This document shows positions 63,435-64,000 of a stretch of DNA of 64,000 bases, in pieces (the stretch's first letter is position 1; each line of letters opens with the position of its first letter). The notes under the pieces are model-generated. The model searched no databases. It was not told the DNA's origin and saw only the letters and a list, made by a program, of their open reading frames with translations. Origin of the DNA: Stylophora pistillata (Eukaryota). The translations under genes and the position numbers were made by a program. The stretch covers positions 111,993 through 175,992 of the forward strand of contig NW_019218096.1 of NCBI RefSeq assembly GCF_002571385.2. The letters are read 5' to 3'.

Positions 63435-64000
63435 TACTCTTTCCTTTTCTTTCTACAAAACAAGAAGTCCGGATTCTTAAGAAAACAGCAGTCACTCACT
63501 TAGATCGGCTTGCAACTTAGATGTTACTGACGTAATATTGATAAAAAGTCACGCATACGTAAAGGGGATTACTTACTGTATTCAGATATGGGCGAGCAGA
63601 AAAGGCCTTTGTAGCAGAGATTGATAGACAAAAACGAGAAAATATTTAATAAACGGACATTTTCTATAGCTCTCCTCCTTGAAGGTGTGTGGAGATCTTA
63701 ATATTTAAGACGTGTCTATCAGACTTTACCAGTTACATGTGCAATATACCTGACCAAAAGCGTGACTTCCATTGCACGAATGCTGGTAACTCAACATAAA
63801 TTTAGAGGAGGGGAGGGGGGGGGGGGCTCCTATGTGCATGAGATGAGGATGTTCCCTCCTTTTTTTTTAACTGACTCAGGAAAAATGGCTAATTTCATGG
63901 AAAATATCATTCAATAATTTTCTTCAATGCAACTTTTATAGGCTCAGTAAGGTAACTCAAGTCACGCCCCTGAAATTGGCTTCATCTAGGGATTAACATT

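Noticed and set aside
63453-63500. 47-nt mini-intron (gtgagt...tag) before the copy 5 main exon
   Set aside because: Very short and the donor is not conserved in copy 1; a donor near 63570 is more plausible.

Overview
AT-rich eukaryotic (animal) genomic DNA with spliceosomal introns and no operons. The repeat content (Penelope elements with minimal hammerheads, tRNA-SINEs, ISL2EU/Kolobok/IS3EU/Crypton-type relics) suggests a cnidarian, probably a stony coral; this is inference. The window is one minus-strand tandem array of apolipoprotein-L (APOL)-like genes. One copy is intact (62529-63434). Two near-intact copies carry a single in-frame stop each (13011-15037, 32129-34498; upstream coding exons found by hand). 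Two copies are clear pseudogenes (3595-4520; 54839-56267, with a SINE insertion). Two remnants are missed by the ORF track (about 21337-21530 and 47129-47480). Several units are preceded by a recurring non-coding module (kappaB-like site, CCAAT box, conserved splice donor) that looks like a duplicated immune-type promoter/first exon. The intergenic space holds decayed and nested transposons with identifiable TIRs and TSDs. All family assignments are by-eye motif recognition; no database searches were run.
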